Source: an uncultured Bacteroidales bacterium
GTDB taxonomy: Bacteria > Bacteroidota > Bacteroidia > Bacteroidales > VadinHA17
Length of the DNA stretch: 64,000 bases
NCBI GenBank assembly: GCA_963717685.1
Contig: OY970346.1
Location: 2,736,419-2,800,418, forward strand
Direction: 5' to 3'
Positions 19,648 to 29,586 of the stretch are shown in pieces (position 1 is the first letter of the stretch; every line of letters starts with the position of its first letter). A model generated the notes under the pieces. The model worked only from the letters and a program-made list of their open reading frames with translations. It had not been told where the DNA came from and made no database searches. The position numbers were made by a program, and so were the translations under genes.

Positions 19648-20964
19648 ATGTTTGAGAACCTTAGTGAACGGCTGGAAAAAGCTCTCAGAACTCTGCGGGG
19701 CCAGGGAAGAATATCAGAAATAAATATTGCCGAAACGCTCAAGGAGGTGAGGCGGGCACTGCTTGATGCTGATGTCAACTTCAAGATCGCCAAGCAATTC
19801 ACCGATGAAGTAAAGGCCAGGGCACTGGGTCAGGAAGTTATTAAATCCGTGAACCCTTCACAGATGATGGTCAAGATCGTTCATGATGAGTTGGCCGGGC
19901 TGATGGGGGGAGATAAGACAGATATCAATCTAAAAATAAATCCATCCGTCATTCTTATTGCGGGACTTCAGGGATCGGGCAAGACTACATTCTGCGGGAA
20001 GCTTGCGAAGTGGGTTAAAAGCAAACGGGGGAAGAATCCGATACTGGTTGCCGGTGATGTCTATCGTCCGGCTGCAATAGAACAGCTTAAGATCATTGCA
20101 GCACAGGCCGAGGTTCCGGTTTATACCGAAGAAGACAGCAATAACCCTGTTCAGATCGTCAGAAATGCCGTAAAGGAGGCAAAGCGAAACGGCTATGATG
20201 TGGTGATAATTGATACAGCCGGCCGGATGGGCATCGACGAGGAAATGATGAATGAGATTTCCGCTATAAAAGAGGCCGTGTCACCACACGAGATCCTCTT
20301 TGTGGTCGACTCAATGACCGGACAGGATGCGGTTAATACGGCTAGGGAATTTAATGAGCGTCTCAATTTTGATGGAGTGGTTCTGACAAAGCTTGACGGG
20401 GACACAAGAGGAGGTGCAGCACTGTCGATTAAATCTACCGTGAGCAAACCCATAAAGTTCGTAAGTACCGGAGAGAAGCTGGATGCAATTGATATCTTTT
20501 ATCCAGACCGAATGGCGGACAGAATCCTTGGAATGGGAGATATCGTATCACTTGTCGAAAAAGCACAGGAACAGTACAATCTGGAAGAGGCCCGGAAGCT
20601 GCAGAAAAAAATAGCAAAGGATCAGTTCGATTTCAATGATTTTCTATCGCAGATCCAGCAGATAAGGAAAATGGGCAATGTAAAGGACCTGATGGGAATG
20701 ATCCCGGGAGTAGGAAAAGCGATTAAGGACTTGGACATTGACGATAGTGCATTCAAGGGAATTGAGGCTATTATTGGAAGCATGACTCCGGGAGAGAGAT
20801 CAAATCCGCTGGTTTTAAACGGGAGCAGAAGGAAAAGAATTGCTGTCGGAAGCGGAACAAGCGTGCAGGAAGTGAACAGGCTCATGAAACAATTCGACGA
20901 GACACGCAAAATGATGAAAATGGTTTCGAAAGGAAATGCTGCCAAATTAATGGGACGCAGATAA
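19648..20964 (+). CDS. ffh: Signal recognition particle protein
   Basis: GLQGSGKTT, DTAGR, TKLDGD and a Met-rich M domain. Confidence 0.97.
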   Translation: MFENLSERLEKALRTLRGQGRISEINIAETLKEVRRALLDADVNFKIAKQFTDEVKARALGQEVIKSVNPSQMMVKIVHDELAGLMGGDKTDINLKINPSVILIAGLQGSGKTTFCGKLAKWVKSKRGKNPILVAGDVYRPAAIEQLKIIAAQAEVPVYTEEDSNNPVQIVRNAVKEAKRNGYDVVIIDTAGRMGIDEEMMNEISAIKEAVSPHEILFVVDSMTGQDAVNTAREFNERLNFDGVVLTKLDGDTRGGAALSIKSTVSKPIKFVSTGEKLDAIDIFYPDRMADRILGMGDIVSLVEKAQEQYNLEEARKLQKKIAKDQFDFNDFLSQIQQIRKMGNVKDLMGMIPGVGKAIKDLDIDDSAFKGIEAIIGSMTPGERSNPLVLNGSRRKRIAVGSGTSVQEVNRLMKQFDETRKMMKMVSKGNAAKLMGRR

Positions 20965-20973
20965 AAGCTTAAT

Positions 20974-21849
20974 ATGTACACACTTATCGATGGCAGAAAA
21001 ATAGCAGCCGGGATTAGGCAGGAAATTGCAAAGGAGGTCCATGATATGAAGCAAAACAATATCAAGGTTCCCCATCTCGCAGCTGTCCTGGTTGGAGATG
21101 ATCCCTCAAGCCAGACGTACGTGGCAAATAAGGTCAGGGACTGTAATGAAGTCGGTTTCAGGTCAACCCTTGTTAAATTTGAATATGATATACCCGAACC
21201 GGTGCTGATAGACAAAATAAATGAACTTAATAACGATCCGGATATTGATGGTTTCATAGTTCAGCTTCCTCTTCCCGGACACATTTCTGAAAATAAAGTC
21301 ATTGAGTCAATTGATCCCTCCAAGGACGCAGACGGTTTTCATCCGGTGAATCTCGGAAAAATGGTCATCGGAATTGAAGGGTTCCTTCCTGCGACTCCTT
21401 ACGGGATTGTAGAACTTATAAGAAAATATAATATCATGACAACCGGGAAAAGATGCGTTGTCATAGGAAGAAGCAATATAGTAGGGAGGCCGTTAAGCAT
21501 TCTTCTTTCTCAAAAAGGTATGGATGCCACGGTGACGGTTGCACACAGCCGGACGAAGGACCTGGCTGATATTGTAATGGAATCAGATATAGTTGTCGCG
21601 GCAATTGGATCCCCCGGCTTTGTAAAGGAGACCATGATAAAGGAAGGTGCAGTGGTTATTGACGTAGGAACATCACGGGTTCCGGCTTCCGGTACCAAAT
21701 CAGGGTTCAAGCTTGCCGGAGATGTCGATTTTGAAAATGTGGCTCCGAAATGCTCATATATTACTCCTGTTCCGGGCGGCGTCGGACCCATGACAAGGGT
21801 CTCCCTTCTCAGGAATACTCTTTTTGCCGCGAAAGCCAGGCGGTCTTAA
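20974..21849 (+). CDS. folD: Bifunctional methylenetetrahydrofolate dehydrogenase/cyclohydrolase
   Basis: [34 protein letters not shown] and [10 protein letters not shown]. Confidence 0.96.
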   Translation: MYTLIDGRKIAAGIRQEIAKEVHDMKQNNIKVPHLAAVLVGDDPSSQTYVANKVRDCNEVGFRSTLVKFEYDIPEPVLIDKINELNNDPDIDGFIVQLPLPGHISENKVIESIDPSKDADGFHPVNLGKMVIGIEGFLPATPYGIVELIRKYNIMTTGKRCVVIGRSNIVGRPLSILLSQKGMDATVTVAHSRTKDLADIVMESDIVVAAIGSPGFVKETMIKEGAVVIDVGTSRVPASGTKSGFKLAGDVDFENVAPKCSYITPVPGGVGPMTRVSLLRNTLFAAKARRS

Positions 21850-21870
21850 AGGAAAAGTATTATTTCGAAA

Positions 21871-22881
21871 TTACTGAGGAATTGTTATTCCGGTGAAATA
21901 CAGGTCATAACCACCTTTTCCTCCGGGTCTGTCGGAAGAAAATATCATCAGATAATTTGTAAAAGAGGCGTCGGAAACCAGAACAGGACGGTATTCATTA
22001 TACTGGGTATTTATTGACGGGCCGAAATTAATCGGAGAACTCCAGGCGCCATTTCTGAAAACAGAATAATATAAATCAAAACCTCCCATACCGCCGCCGC
22101 GGTCCGAAGCGAAAACCATTATTTTCCCGCAAATGTACGGACACTTATCGTTGCCGTCGCTGTTGACACTGTCCACTTTGGCCGAAGCCGAATAGCTTCT
22201 GTTGAAATAGTCTGATAATGACGTGTCGGATGAGACCGGTTTCATATAGATATCAAAATTTCCGCCTGCAGCGGATGAAAAATAAACGGTATCCTGCATT
22301 AAATTAAAGCTCAGATAAGCGTCATCGGAGGATGTATTCAGCCATGTGATCGGGTATGGACCAAGTATATTAGGCAATGTATTGCCATTGACAGGCCAGT
22401 TTTTCAGGTAATAGAAATCAAGATCACCATTGCCGTTTTGTGACGAAAGAATAAGATATTCATATCCATCGGTTGAGCTGTAAAGGCTGTAAGGGCCAAA
22501 ATCGTTTCCCGATGTGTTTGCTGTTGCCAGAAGCTTAGTAAGAAATGGATCGCTGGTGAGCCCTGCCGACAAGGTGAATTTCCCGTTTGTCTGATCCCAT
22601 GTATATGACAGCGATGCCTGCACGAGGTCGAACTGACCTCCGGAGCTGTTACGGTTACTCGAAAATATAAGTACCTTGCTTCCGTTCAGCGTATACAGGT
22701 CAGTGTTAATATCGTCGTACTGGGAGTTGATGTCAGTCAATGCTGAGACAGTATCAGGGAATGTACCATTGGGATATTTGATTGGATTGGACTTTTTACA
22801 GTCTGTCAAACCAAATGAAATGAATAAAATGCCCAGGAATAATGCCAGGGAATTTACTGTCAACTTCTTCATTGTTTCCAT
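21871..22881 (-). CDS. Lipoprotein with PD40 / TolB-like beta-propeller repeats
   Basis: Signal plus Cys (LFISFGLTDC). Repeated FSSNRNSSGGQFDL, FASDRGGGMGGFDLYYS and FSSDRPGGKGGYDLYF. Confidence 0.8.
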   Translation of the reverse strand: METMKKLTVNSLALFLGILFISFGLTDCKKSNPIKYPNGTFPDTVSALTDINSQYDDINTDLYTLNGSKVLIFSSNRNSSGGQFDLVQASLSYTWDQTNGKFTLSAGLTSDPFLTKLLATANTSGNDFGPYSLYSSTDGYEYLILSSQNGNGDLDFYYLKNWPVNGNTLPNILGPYPITWLNTSSDDAYLSFNLMQDTVYFSSAAGGNFDIYMKPVSSDTSLSDYFNRSYSASAKVDSVNSDGNDKCPYICGKIMVFASDRGGGMGGFDLYYSVFRNGAWSSPINFGPSINTQYNEYRPVLVSDASFTNYLMIFSSDRPGGKGGYDLYFTGITIPQ

Positions 22882-22936
22882 TTTTAACTGGAAATACTAA
22901 CGTAAAGATATCAATATTTATTGGTAATAAATGAAA

Positions 22937-22956
22937 AACCGGGACTTTGCCCGGTT
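22937..22956 (-). terminator. Orphan intrinsic-terminator-like hairpin, oriented on the minus strand
   Basis: Minus strand reads AACCGGG-caaagt-CCCGGTT followed by TTTC. It lies ~55 nt upstream of the PD40 gene start, and no gene is upstream of it on that strand. Confidence 0.35.
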
Positions 22957-22973
22957 CTTCCTGAGGTAGAATT

Positions 22974-23009
22974 TAGGTTAATTCTAGGGTAATTGGGTAT
23001 AGGGTAAAA
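22974..23009. repeat. Three direct repeats TAGG(T/G)TAA in a divergent intergenic region
   Basis: TAGGTTAATT (22974), TAGGGTAATT (22985) and TAGGGTAAAA (23000). Spacing is 11 and 15 nt. Confidence 0.4.
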
Positions 23010-23185
23010 ATAATTGTTTTACAATAATGAAGATGATAATTTGACCCGGGAGGTTGCGTTTGTCGAATAAAAAAGCAGGAAAAATCATTACTTTATTTGT
23101 ATCAAACTGAATATGAGATGTTTAAAAAAATATTAAAATGTTGATAATTGAACAGGGCCATCTTATTCGCCTTTGAAATAAATAT

Positions 23186-23193
23186 TATTTTTG
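23186..23193 (+). promoter_or_regulatory. -7 promoter box TAttTTTG for the TPR gene
   Basis: Exact TAnnTTTG. It overlaps the TTG that the ORF track used as a start, which argues for ATG 23212 as the real start. Confidence 0.45.
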
Positions 23194-23211
23194 CACTGTA
23201 ACCATGGAGAG

Positions 23212-24624
23212 ATGGAAGAGAACAAGTTTGGAAACACGTTTGATGAGGAGGTGAAGCAGGCCGTCCGGAAGTTTGAGAAAATGAAGAGGAATAATGAAAA
23301 TTATTTCTTTGATGTCATCGAATTTGAATCCATTATTGATTTTTATCTTGAATCAAATAATCCGAATCAGGCATTTGAGGCTGCAACGGTGGCGTCGGAT
23401 CAGCATCCGAATTCTGTATCTATCCAGCTCAGAAAGGCAAAGGTTTTGCTTGAGAAGGGACGCGCTGTGGAAACGCTTAAGATCCTTAAGAAGATGGAAA
23501 GCATCGAACCCGGCAATCATGAGATTTATATTGCGAAAGGGACGGCGATGGGCATGATGGGGGATATACAGGGTGCGAGGAAGATGTTCGACTACGCATT
23601 ATCGCTCGATTCTGATGATGTTGAGAATATCCTCTTTTCAATTGTCTCAGTGCTTCAGAACATGAATTATTACGAACAACTTATTCCGTACCTGCTGCAG
23701 TTGATTGAAAGGGAGCCGGAGATCAGGACGCATTTGTACGATCTGGCTTACGCTTATGATAAAATTGAGAAATATCCCGACAGTATCAGGTTTTATCTTA
23801 AATATCTTGAGGAAGATCCCTTTTCAGACAGTGCCTGGTACAACCTGGGCATAATATATAACAAGCTTGATAAGCAGGAAAAGGCTATTGAAGCATATGA
23901 TTATGCACTTGCCATTAATTCAGAGAATACATTTGCCATATTCAACAAGGGTAATATTCTGAGCAATCTCGACAGATATACCGAAGCAATTCCCGTGTAC
24001 CTTGAATATCTCGAGAATGAGCCGGACAGCTTTGAGGCAATGACATACCTTGCTGAATGCTATGAACATACTGATAATATCGCTCTGGCAAGAAAATATT
24101 ACAACGATGCAATTGATCTTGACCCGGAATTCGCCGATCCATGGTTCGGACTTGGAGTGATAGAGCTTAACTCGGGAAATCCGGGTGACAGCCTTATTTT
24201 TTTCAGAAAGGCAGTTCGCCTTGATGATGAAAACCCCGAGTACTGGTACCTTCTCGGGAAAGCCCATTATGTGAAGGGTGAGGTGAAACAGGCATTAAGC
24301 TGCTTCAGGGAAGCTCTTAAGCTCGATATCTATTATGACGAGATATGGATCGATATCGGAAGAATACTTATTAAGGAAAAGCTTTGCATGAAAGCGGCCG
24401 GATATCTTGAGCATGCGTACAAGGTGACCGGAGATGTTCCGGGTGTTAACTTCCTGATGGCATCCGTGTATCTTCATGCAGGTTCAGGCGACAAAGCTTT
24501 CAGGCATCTTTCAACTGCCATTGAATCTGACAGGGATGCATTCGAGAAATTCTCCGAGATATTTCCCCAATCTGTCCTGACAAGGAAAATAACCCGGTTC
24601 CTTAAATTGAAAAATCTTTTATGA
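23212..24624 (+). CDS. Tetratricopeptide repeat protein
   Basis: Many 34-aa TPR-like units (AWYNLGIIYNKLDKQEKAIEAYDYALAINSEN and others). Start moved from TTG 23191 to ATG 23212. Confidence 0.8.
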   Translation: MEENKFGNTFDEEVKQAVRKFEKMKRNNENYFFDVIEFESIIDFYLESNNPNQAFEAATVASDQHPNSVSIQLRKAKVLLEKGRAVETLKILKKMESIEPGNHEIYIAKGTAMGMMGDIQGARKMFDYALSLDSDDVENILFSIVSVLQNMNYYEQLIPYLLQLIEREPEIRTHLYDLAYAYDKIEKYPDSIRFYLKYLEEDPFSDSAWYNLGIIYNKLDKQEKAIEAYDYALAINSENTFAIFNKGNILSNLDRYTEAIPVYLEYLENEPDSFEAMTYLAECYEHTDNIALARKYYNDAIDLDPEFADPWFGLGVIELNSGNPGDSLIFFRKAVRLDDENPEYWYLLGKAHYVKGEVKQALSCFREALKLDIYYDEIWIDIGRILIKEKLCMKAAGYLEHAYKVTGDVPGVNFLMASVYLHAGSGDKAFRHLSTAIESDRDAFEKFSEIFPQSVLTRKITRFLKLKNLL

Positions 24625-24650
24625 AAGGGCTTCCTTTAAGTTATTAGCTT

Positions 24651-25424
24651 ATGAAAAAAATACTTCCTTTTTTACCGGAACGTCCCCCAAAACCCAGAAA
24701 TTCAGGCCTGACGATGGTGATGGACAAGGGTCTCAGCCTAAGGGAGGCAGAAGATTTCATGTCTGTCGGCAGCGAATATACTGATTATGTCAAGCTTGGA
24801 TTTGGAACATCGATAATTACCCCGGGTCTCAGGAAAAAGATAAAGGTTTATAAGGAAGCCGGCGTTATTCCGTATTTCGGAGGAACACTGTTTGAAGCCT
24901 TCATAATTCGCAAAATGTTCGGGGAATTTGTAAAGTTCCTTGATAAATTTGAGATTGAAATGGTCGAAATATCTGACGGATCATATGATTTTGAACATTC
25001 CCAAAAGCTTGAATATATAAAAAAACTTTCCGGGCGCGGAAAGGTCATTTCGGAGGTCGGTTCGAAAAAGAAAGAGGTGGTCTACACTCCCGATGAATGG
25101 GTGGCAATGATGAAAGCAGAGCTCGAGGCAGGATCGGTAAAGGTAATCGCCGAAGCCAGGGAATCCGGGACTGTTGGCATATATAATGAAGATGGTTCCA
25201 TAAATAATAAGATAATCTGCGCAATTTCCGAACATGTAAAGCTTGAGAATGTCATATGGGAAGCGCCTCTTAAATCCCAGCAGGCCTGGTTTATTAAGCA
25301 TTTCGGGGCAAATGTCAATCTCGGAAATATAGCGCCAAATGAGATTATAGCCCTTGAGACCCTCAGGCTCGGCCTGAGAGGTGATACATTTTTCCAGTTT
25401 CTCCCCGAAGATCTTAAGGAATAG
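24651..25424 (+). CDS. comA: Phosphosulfolactate synthase family protein (ComA-like)
   Basis: KPRNSGLTMVMDKGL, DYVKLGFGTS, EISDGS and VISEVG fit the ComA family as I recall it. Confidence 0.8.
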   Translation: MKKILPFLPERPPKPRNSGLTMVMDKGLSLREAEDFMSVGSEYTDYVKLGFGTSIITPGLRKKIKVYKEAGVIPYFGGTLFEAFIIRKMFGEFVKFLDKFEIEMVEISDGSYDFEHSQKLEYIKKLSGRGKVISEVGSKKKEVVYTPDEWVAMMKAELEAGSVKVIAEARESGTVGIYNEDGSINNKIICAISEHVKLENVIWEAPLKSQQAWFIKHFGANVNLGNIAPNEIIALETLRLGLRGDTFFQFLPEDLKE

Positions 25425-25454
25425 GCCCTCTCATACCTCAACTGAAAAAATGGC

Positions 25455-26207
25455 ATGAGAAAATTCGGCCTAATAGGATACCCTCTTGGTCATTCTTTCT
25501 CACAGAAATACTTCTCTGAAAAATTCAAGCGGGAGAAAATATGTGAATGCACTTATGAGAATTTTCCCATGAAGGAAATTGAATCTCTTCCGGGACTTAT
25601 TTATTCGGATAGTGAAATCTGCGGCCTGAATGTGACAATCCCGTATAAGACTGAAATCCTGAGGTTCATTGATGAAACAGATGAAGCTGTGAAGGAGATC
25701 GGAGCTGCCAATGTCCTGAAAATAAAAAGGGAAGAGGGAACCGTGAGGCTTTTTGGCTATAACAGCGATATCGAAGGGGTAAAGGAATCTCTCCGGCCTT
25801 TATCGGGAGTTAAAGGAGGAAAAGCTTTGATACTTGGAACCGGAGGTGGGTCCAGGGCAGTTGCATGGACGCTTGGGAAGATGGGATTTGAGGTCATCCT
25901 TGTTTCGAGAAGAAAAAGCAATGGTATTCTTAGATATAATGAAGTGAGCTCTGAAATACTTGCGGATACTGATTTGATAGTCAATGCGACACCTATAGGA
26001 ATGAACCCGCATGCAGATGGAATGCCTGAGATTGACTACAGCCTGCTGGATGAGCACCACACTCTTTTCGATCTCGTATATAATCCCGAGATGACTTCAT
26101 TCCTTAAAATGGGGCAGGAGAGGGGATGCAGGATAATCACCGGGATTAAGATGCTTTACTCCCAGGCAGAAAGATCATGGGAGATCTGGAATGATGACAG
26201 ATTATAA
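25455..26207 (+). CDS. aroE: Shikimate dehydrogenase
   Basis: FGLIGYPLGHSFSQ, NVTIPYK, GTGGGSRAV and NATPIGM. Confidence 0.9.
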   Translation: MRKFGLIGYPLGHSFSQKYFSEKFKREKICECTYENFPMKEIESLPGLIYSDSEICGLNVTIPYKTEILRFIDETDEAVKEIGAANVLKIKREEGTVRLFGYNSDIEGVKESLRPLSGVKGGKALILGTGGGSRAVAWTLGKMGFEVILVSRRKSNGILRYNEVSSEILADTDLIVNATPIGMNPHADGMPEIDYSLLDEHHTLFDLVYNPEMTSFLKMGQERGCRIITGIKMLYSQAERSWEIWNDDRL

Positions 26208-26255
26208 AGGGGATTTGCTGAATAACCGGATATCAAAAGTGAACAGTTTCCTGCA

Positions 26256-26591
26256 TCAGGCTGTTTTTCTCCTCATCCAATACCTTGAATCGCAGTCGGT
26301 GCATTCCTGTTTCCAGTATCCGGGCGAAAGAAAGCCTCCTTCAGGTGTTTTCAGTATCCGCTCATAGACGGCAAAGGCCGGATTAAAAACAAGGTCAGTG
26401 ACGCCGATAGTGTACCTTGGTTCCTGTCCGCGGGGGTCGGACGTTATTTTTGATTCCATTACCTCTAAGTTGTTGAATTCCAGAAGTCTGCGCAGAAAGG
26501 CTGCCCTCTCCATTGTCACTCCTGAATCAACTATCGTGCAACGGACTCCGTCGATCTCACCGATAATATGTTTTGCATTGCTGATTGCCAT
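26256..26591 (-). CDS. Hypothetical 111-aa protein tail-coupled to nuoN
   Basis: ATG lies 10 nt downstream of the nuoN stop on the same strand. No motif recognised. It has CxxC (CTDC) near the C-terminus. Confidence 0.6.
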   Translation of the reverse strand: MAISNAKHIIGEIDGVRCTIVDSGVTMERAAFLRRLLEFNNLEVMESKITSDPRGQEPRYTIGVTDLVFNPAFAVYERILKTPEGGFLSPGYWKQECTDCDSRYWMRRKTA

Positions 26592-26601
26592 GTCATTATA
26601 A

Positions 26602-28026
26602 TTAATTCCCTATGCTGATGCTTCTTATATAGTCGAAAATAATGCTTGCGAAACCGATAAAAAATATACCTGCCACACAGATTATAAGTGCTGACCTTGT
26701 CGGGAAATCGCATTTGAATCTGGCGATGGGTTCATCATTTTTATTTATAAACATTGCTTTTACAACCAGCAGATAATAGTAAAGTGAAATTATTGTATTC
26801 AATACCGCAATGATAATCAGCGGATAGAATCCTCTTTGTGCTGCAGCCGTGAACAGGAAGAATTTTCCAAAAAAACCGGCCACAGGAGGAATTCCTCCGA
26901 GTGAAAACAGGGAGAGCGTCATTATCAGGCTCAGCTTCGGATTGGTGTGGTAAAGGCCGTTGTAATCGCTTATGTCTTCTTTCCCTGTTGCATTTGAGAT
27001 TGCGGCGACAACTCCGAAGGCGCCCAGGTTTGAAAATATATATACAAGTATGTAGTATATTACTGAAGCCATCCCAAGCTGATTGCCGCCAATTATCCCG
27101 ACAAGTATGTACCCTGCCTGAGATATTGATGAGAAAGCAAGAAAGCGCTTGATATTCTGTTGCCTTATGGCAAAAAGATTTCCAATGGTCATCGTAAGAA
27201 CTGATGTTACAAATATCGCTTTCTGCCATGTCCAGATGATCATCGGGAATATGGTATAGAGTATAATGACGAAGATGAATAGCGCAGCTCCCTTGGATAT
27301 GACGGAGAGAAATGAAGTGATGTTCACAGGTGCTCCTTCATATACATCTGCAGTCCAAAGGTGGAAAGGAACCACGGAAATTTTAAATGCCATGCCTGCA
27401 AAGAAGAAAATGAATGCCAGTACCTGTAGATTAAATCCGGGAACGAGCCTGGCAACCTCATTGAAATACAGAGAGCCTGTAGTGCCATAGATCATGGATA
27501 ATCCGTAAAGCATAATCCCTGATGATAATGATGACGTCAGGATCAGCTTAATGCCGGCTTCAGCCGATTTATTCCTGTAGCGTTCAAACGCGGCAAGTGC
27601 CGCTAAAGGAATGGTGGCCAGCTCAAGGCCTAAATAAAACATCAGGAAATGCCCTGATGAAATCATAAAATCCATTCCCACGACTATTGAAGCAATAAGA
27701 AAGAAATATTCGCTAATCCTGTCCGAATTCTCATCTTTTCTGAGCCAGGAAACCGACTGGATCATGACAATCAGCACGCCAATATTCAGTATGTTTTTCA
27801 TTAAGCTTGTAAGTGCTGATGACACATACATGCCGCCAAAAAGCGTGCTGTGATACTTTGACGGAAGAAAGCCGGCAACCGTCAGGATGGCAAACAGAAC
27901 AACAGGGAACAATATCCTCGCATTCTTCCTGCCCGGACCCAGGAATATCTCAGCCATCAGAATGAGTAATGCAGCTGCTGAAAGAAGCAGTTCATGACGC
28001 ATTAATAAAAGACTTTGCAAATTCAT
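26602..28026 (-). CDS. nuoN: NADH-quinone oxidoreductase subunit N
   Basis: HLWTADVYEGAP motif in a polytopic antiporter-like protein. Confidence 0.93.
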   Translation of the reverse strand: MNLQSLLLMRHELLLSAAALLILMAEIFLGPGRKNARILFPVVLFAILTVAGFLPSKYHSTLFGGMYVSSALTSLMKNILNIGVLIVMIQSVSWLRKDENSDRISEYFFLIASIVVGMDFMISSGHFLMFYLGLELATIPLAALAAFERYRNKSAEAGIKLILTSSLSSGIMLYGLSMIYGTTGSLYFNEVARLVPGFNLQVLAFIFFFAGMAFKISVVPFHLWTADVYEGAPVNITSFLSVISKGAALFIFVIILYTIFPMIIWTWQKAIFVTSVLTMTIGNLFAIRQQNIKRFLAFSSISQAGYILVGIIGGNQLGMASVIYYILVYIFSNLGAFGVVAAISNATGKEDISDYNGLYHTNPKLSLIMTLSLFSLGGIPPVAGFFGKFFLFTAAAQRGFYPLIIIAVLNTIISLYYYLLVVKAMFINKNDEPIARFKCDFPTRSALIICVAGIFFIGFASIIFDYIRSISIGN

Positions 28027-28058
28027 ATTTCAATTATACCTGTAAATAATAGTTCAAA

Positions 28059-29564
28059 TCAGAATGGGTTCACTGCAAGTATCTTGTCAATAATAGGCTG
28101 CATGCTTGTCCCTATCATGGAAGAGAGCCAGAATGGTGCCAGTCCTATTGAAGCCACAAAGGTTATCAGGGTCAGCGCCGATAGCTTCTCATACCATTTT
28201 GCATCATCAAAGTGCCCGTAGTGAGTGTTGCTGGCCGGACCCAGAAGCAAAGTTCCTATGACTCTCAGGATGTAGACAGCAGTTATCACTATTGACGAGA
28301 TGGCAACAATTGTAACCAGTCTGTGAAACAAATCCGGATGCTGGAAGGCTCCTACGAATATCGTCATTTCTGCAACGAATCCGCTTAATCCGGGCAGACC
28401 TATGGAAGCAAGGCCGGCTATGACGTAACATACCGAGAGGAAAGGAATGATCTTCATCAGGCCTCCCATTTCATTTATCATTCGGGTATGAGTCCTTCCA
28501 TAAAGCATGCCGATCAGGGCAAAGAAAAGGGCTGTCATAAGTCCATGAGATATCATCTGGATAATTGCCCCATTCATCGCTGTCTTGTTCATCATAAGCA
28601 ATGCAAACAGCACAAGACCGCAATGGCTTACCGATGAGTAAGCATTGATATACTTCAGGTCCTTTTGGACAACAGCACCAAATGCTCCGTAAACAACGCT
28701 TATTGAGGTAAGTATGAGGAAGATCCATGACAATTCCCTTGCTGCTTCAGGCATCAGGTAAATTGCCACTCTGAAGGCTCCGTAACCTCCCAGCTTCATA
28801 AGAACGCCGGCATGGAGCATAGAGACAGCCGTTGGTGCAGATGAATGTCCGTCCGGAGACCATGTATGAAAAGGGAACAGAGCTCCGAGGACTCCGAAAC
28901 CCACGAATGTAAGAGGGAAAAACATCCTTTGCGCCTTCATCGGAATAGTATTCTTTGCAACCTCCAGAATATTGAAAGTATGTTTCCCGTTGACCGGAAT
29001 GGAGAAGAAATATATTCCCAGAATGCCTACCAGCAACAGCGCTGAAGCGCCCATCAGCATTAGTGTAAGCTTCATGGCCGAATATTCCTTCGGACCGCTG
29101 CCCCATATTCCGATAAGCAGGTACATGGGTATCACGGCAAGCTCATAGAACAAAAACATTGTGAAAAGGTCGATCGATATGAAGAAACCGAACACTCCCG
29201 TGGCAAGAAGAATAAGAGAAACGAAGAACTCCTTGTTCAGGAAGTTCATTTCCCATGAAGCAAAAACTCCTGCGAATACTACCAGCGATGTAAGTGAAAT
29301 CATTGCAACTGATATCCCATCCACTCCCACAGAATAATGTATATTAAGACTCCTGAACCACATGATATCTTTAATAAACACCATCTGGGCAGTGTTCCCT
29401 GCATTCCGTTCAGTGACATAGAGGACTATAAGAAGTGCGGCCATCATCAACTGCAGGCCCATTCCGATCGCAGCCACCAGCTTCACCTTCCTTATATCCT
29501 TCACGAGCACTATCCCGGCAATTGTCAGCACCGGAATTACAACAAACATGGACAGAATATTCAT
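28059..29564 (-). CDS. nuoM: NADH-quinone oxidoreductase subunit M
   Basis: WSPDGHSSAPTAVSMLHAGVLMKLGGYG motif. Confidence 0.93.
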   Translation of the reverse strand: MNILSMFVVIPVLTIAGIVLVKDIRKVKLVAAIGMGLQLMMAALLIVLYVTERNAGNTAQMVFIKDIMWFRSLNIHYSVGVDGISVAMISLTSLVVFAGVFASWEMNFLNKEFFVSLILLATGVFGFFISIDLFTMFLFYELAVIPMYLLIGIWGSGPKEYSAMKLTLMLMGASALLLVGILGIYFFSIPVNGKHTFNILEVAKNTIPMKAQRMFFPLTFVGFGVLGALFPFHTWSPDGHSSAPTAVSMLHAGVLMKLGGYGAFRVAIYLMPEAARELSWIFLILTSISVVYGAFGAVVQKDLKYINAYSSVSHCGLVLFALLMMNKTAMNGAIIQMISHGLMTALFFALIGMLYGRTHTRMINEMGGLMKIIPFLSVCYVIAGLASIGLPGLSGFVAEMTIFVGAFQHPDLFHRLVTIVAISSIVITAVYILRVIGTLLLGPASNTHYGHFDDAKWYEKLSALTLITFVASIGLAPFWLSSMIGTSMQPIIDKILAVNPF

Positions 29565-29586
29565 AACAGCCTTACATTTTCATTTT

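Noticed and set aside
20622-21257. A 211-aa minus-strand ORF spanning the ffh/folD junction.
   Set aside because: It is fully antisense to two strongly supported housekeeping genes. It has a Ser/Leu/Ile-rich low-complexity composition typical of antisense frames and no recognisable motif.
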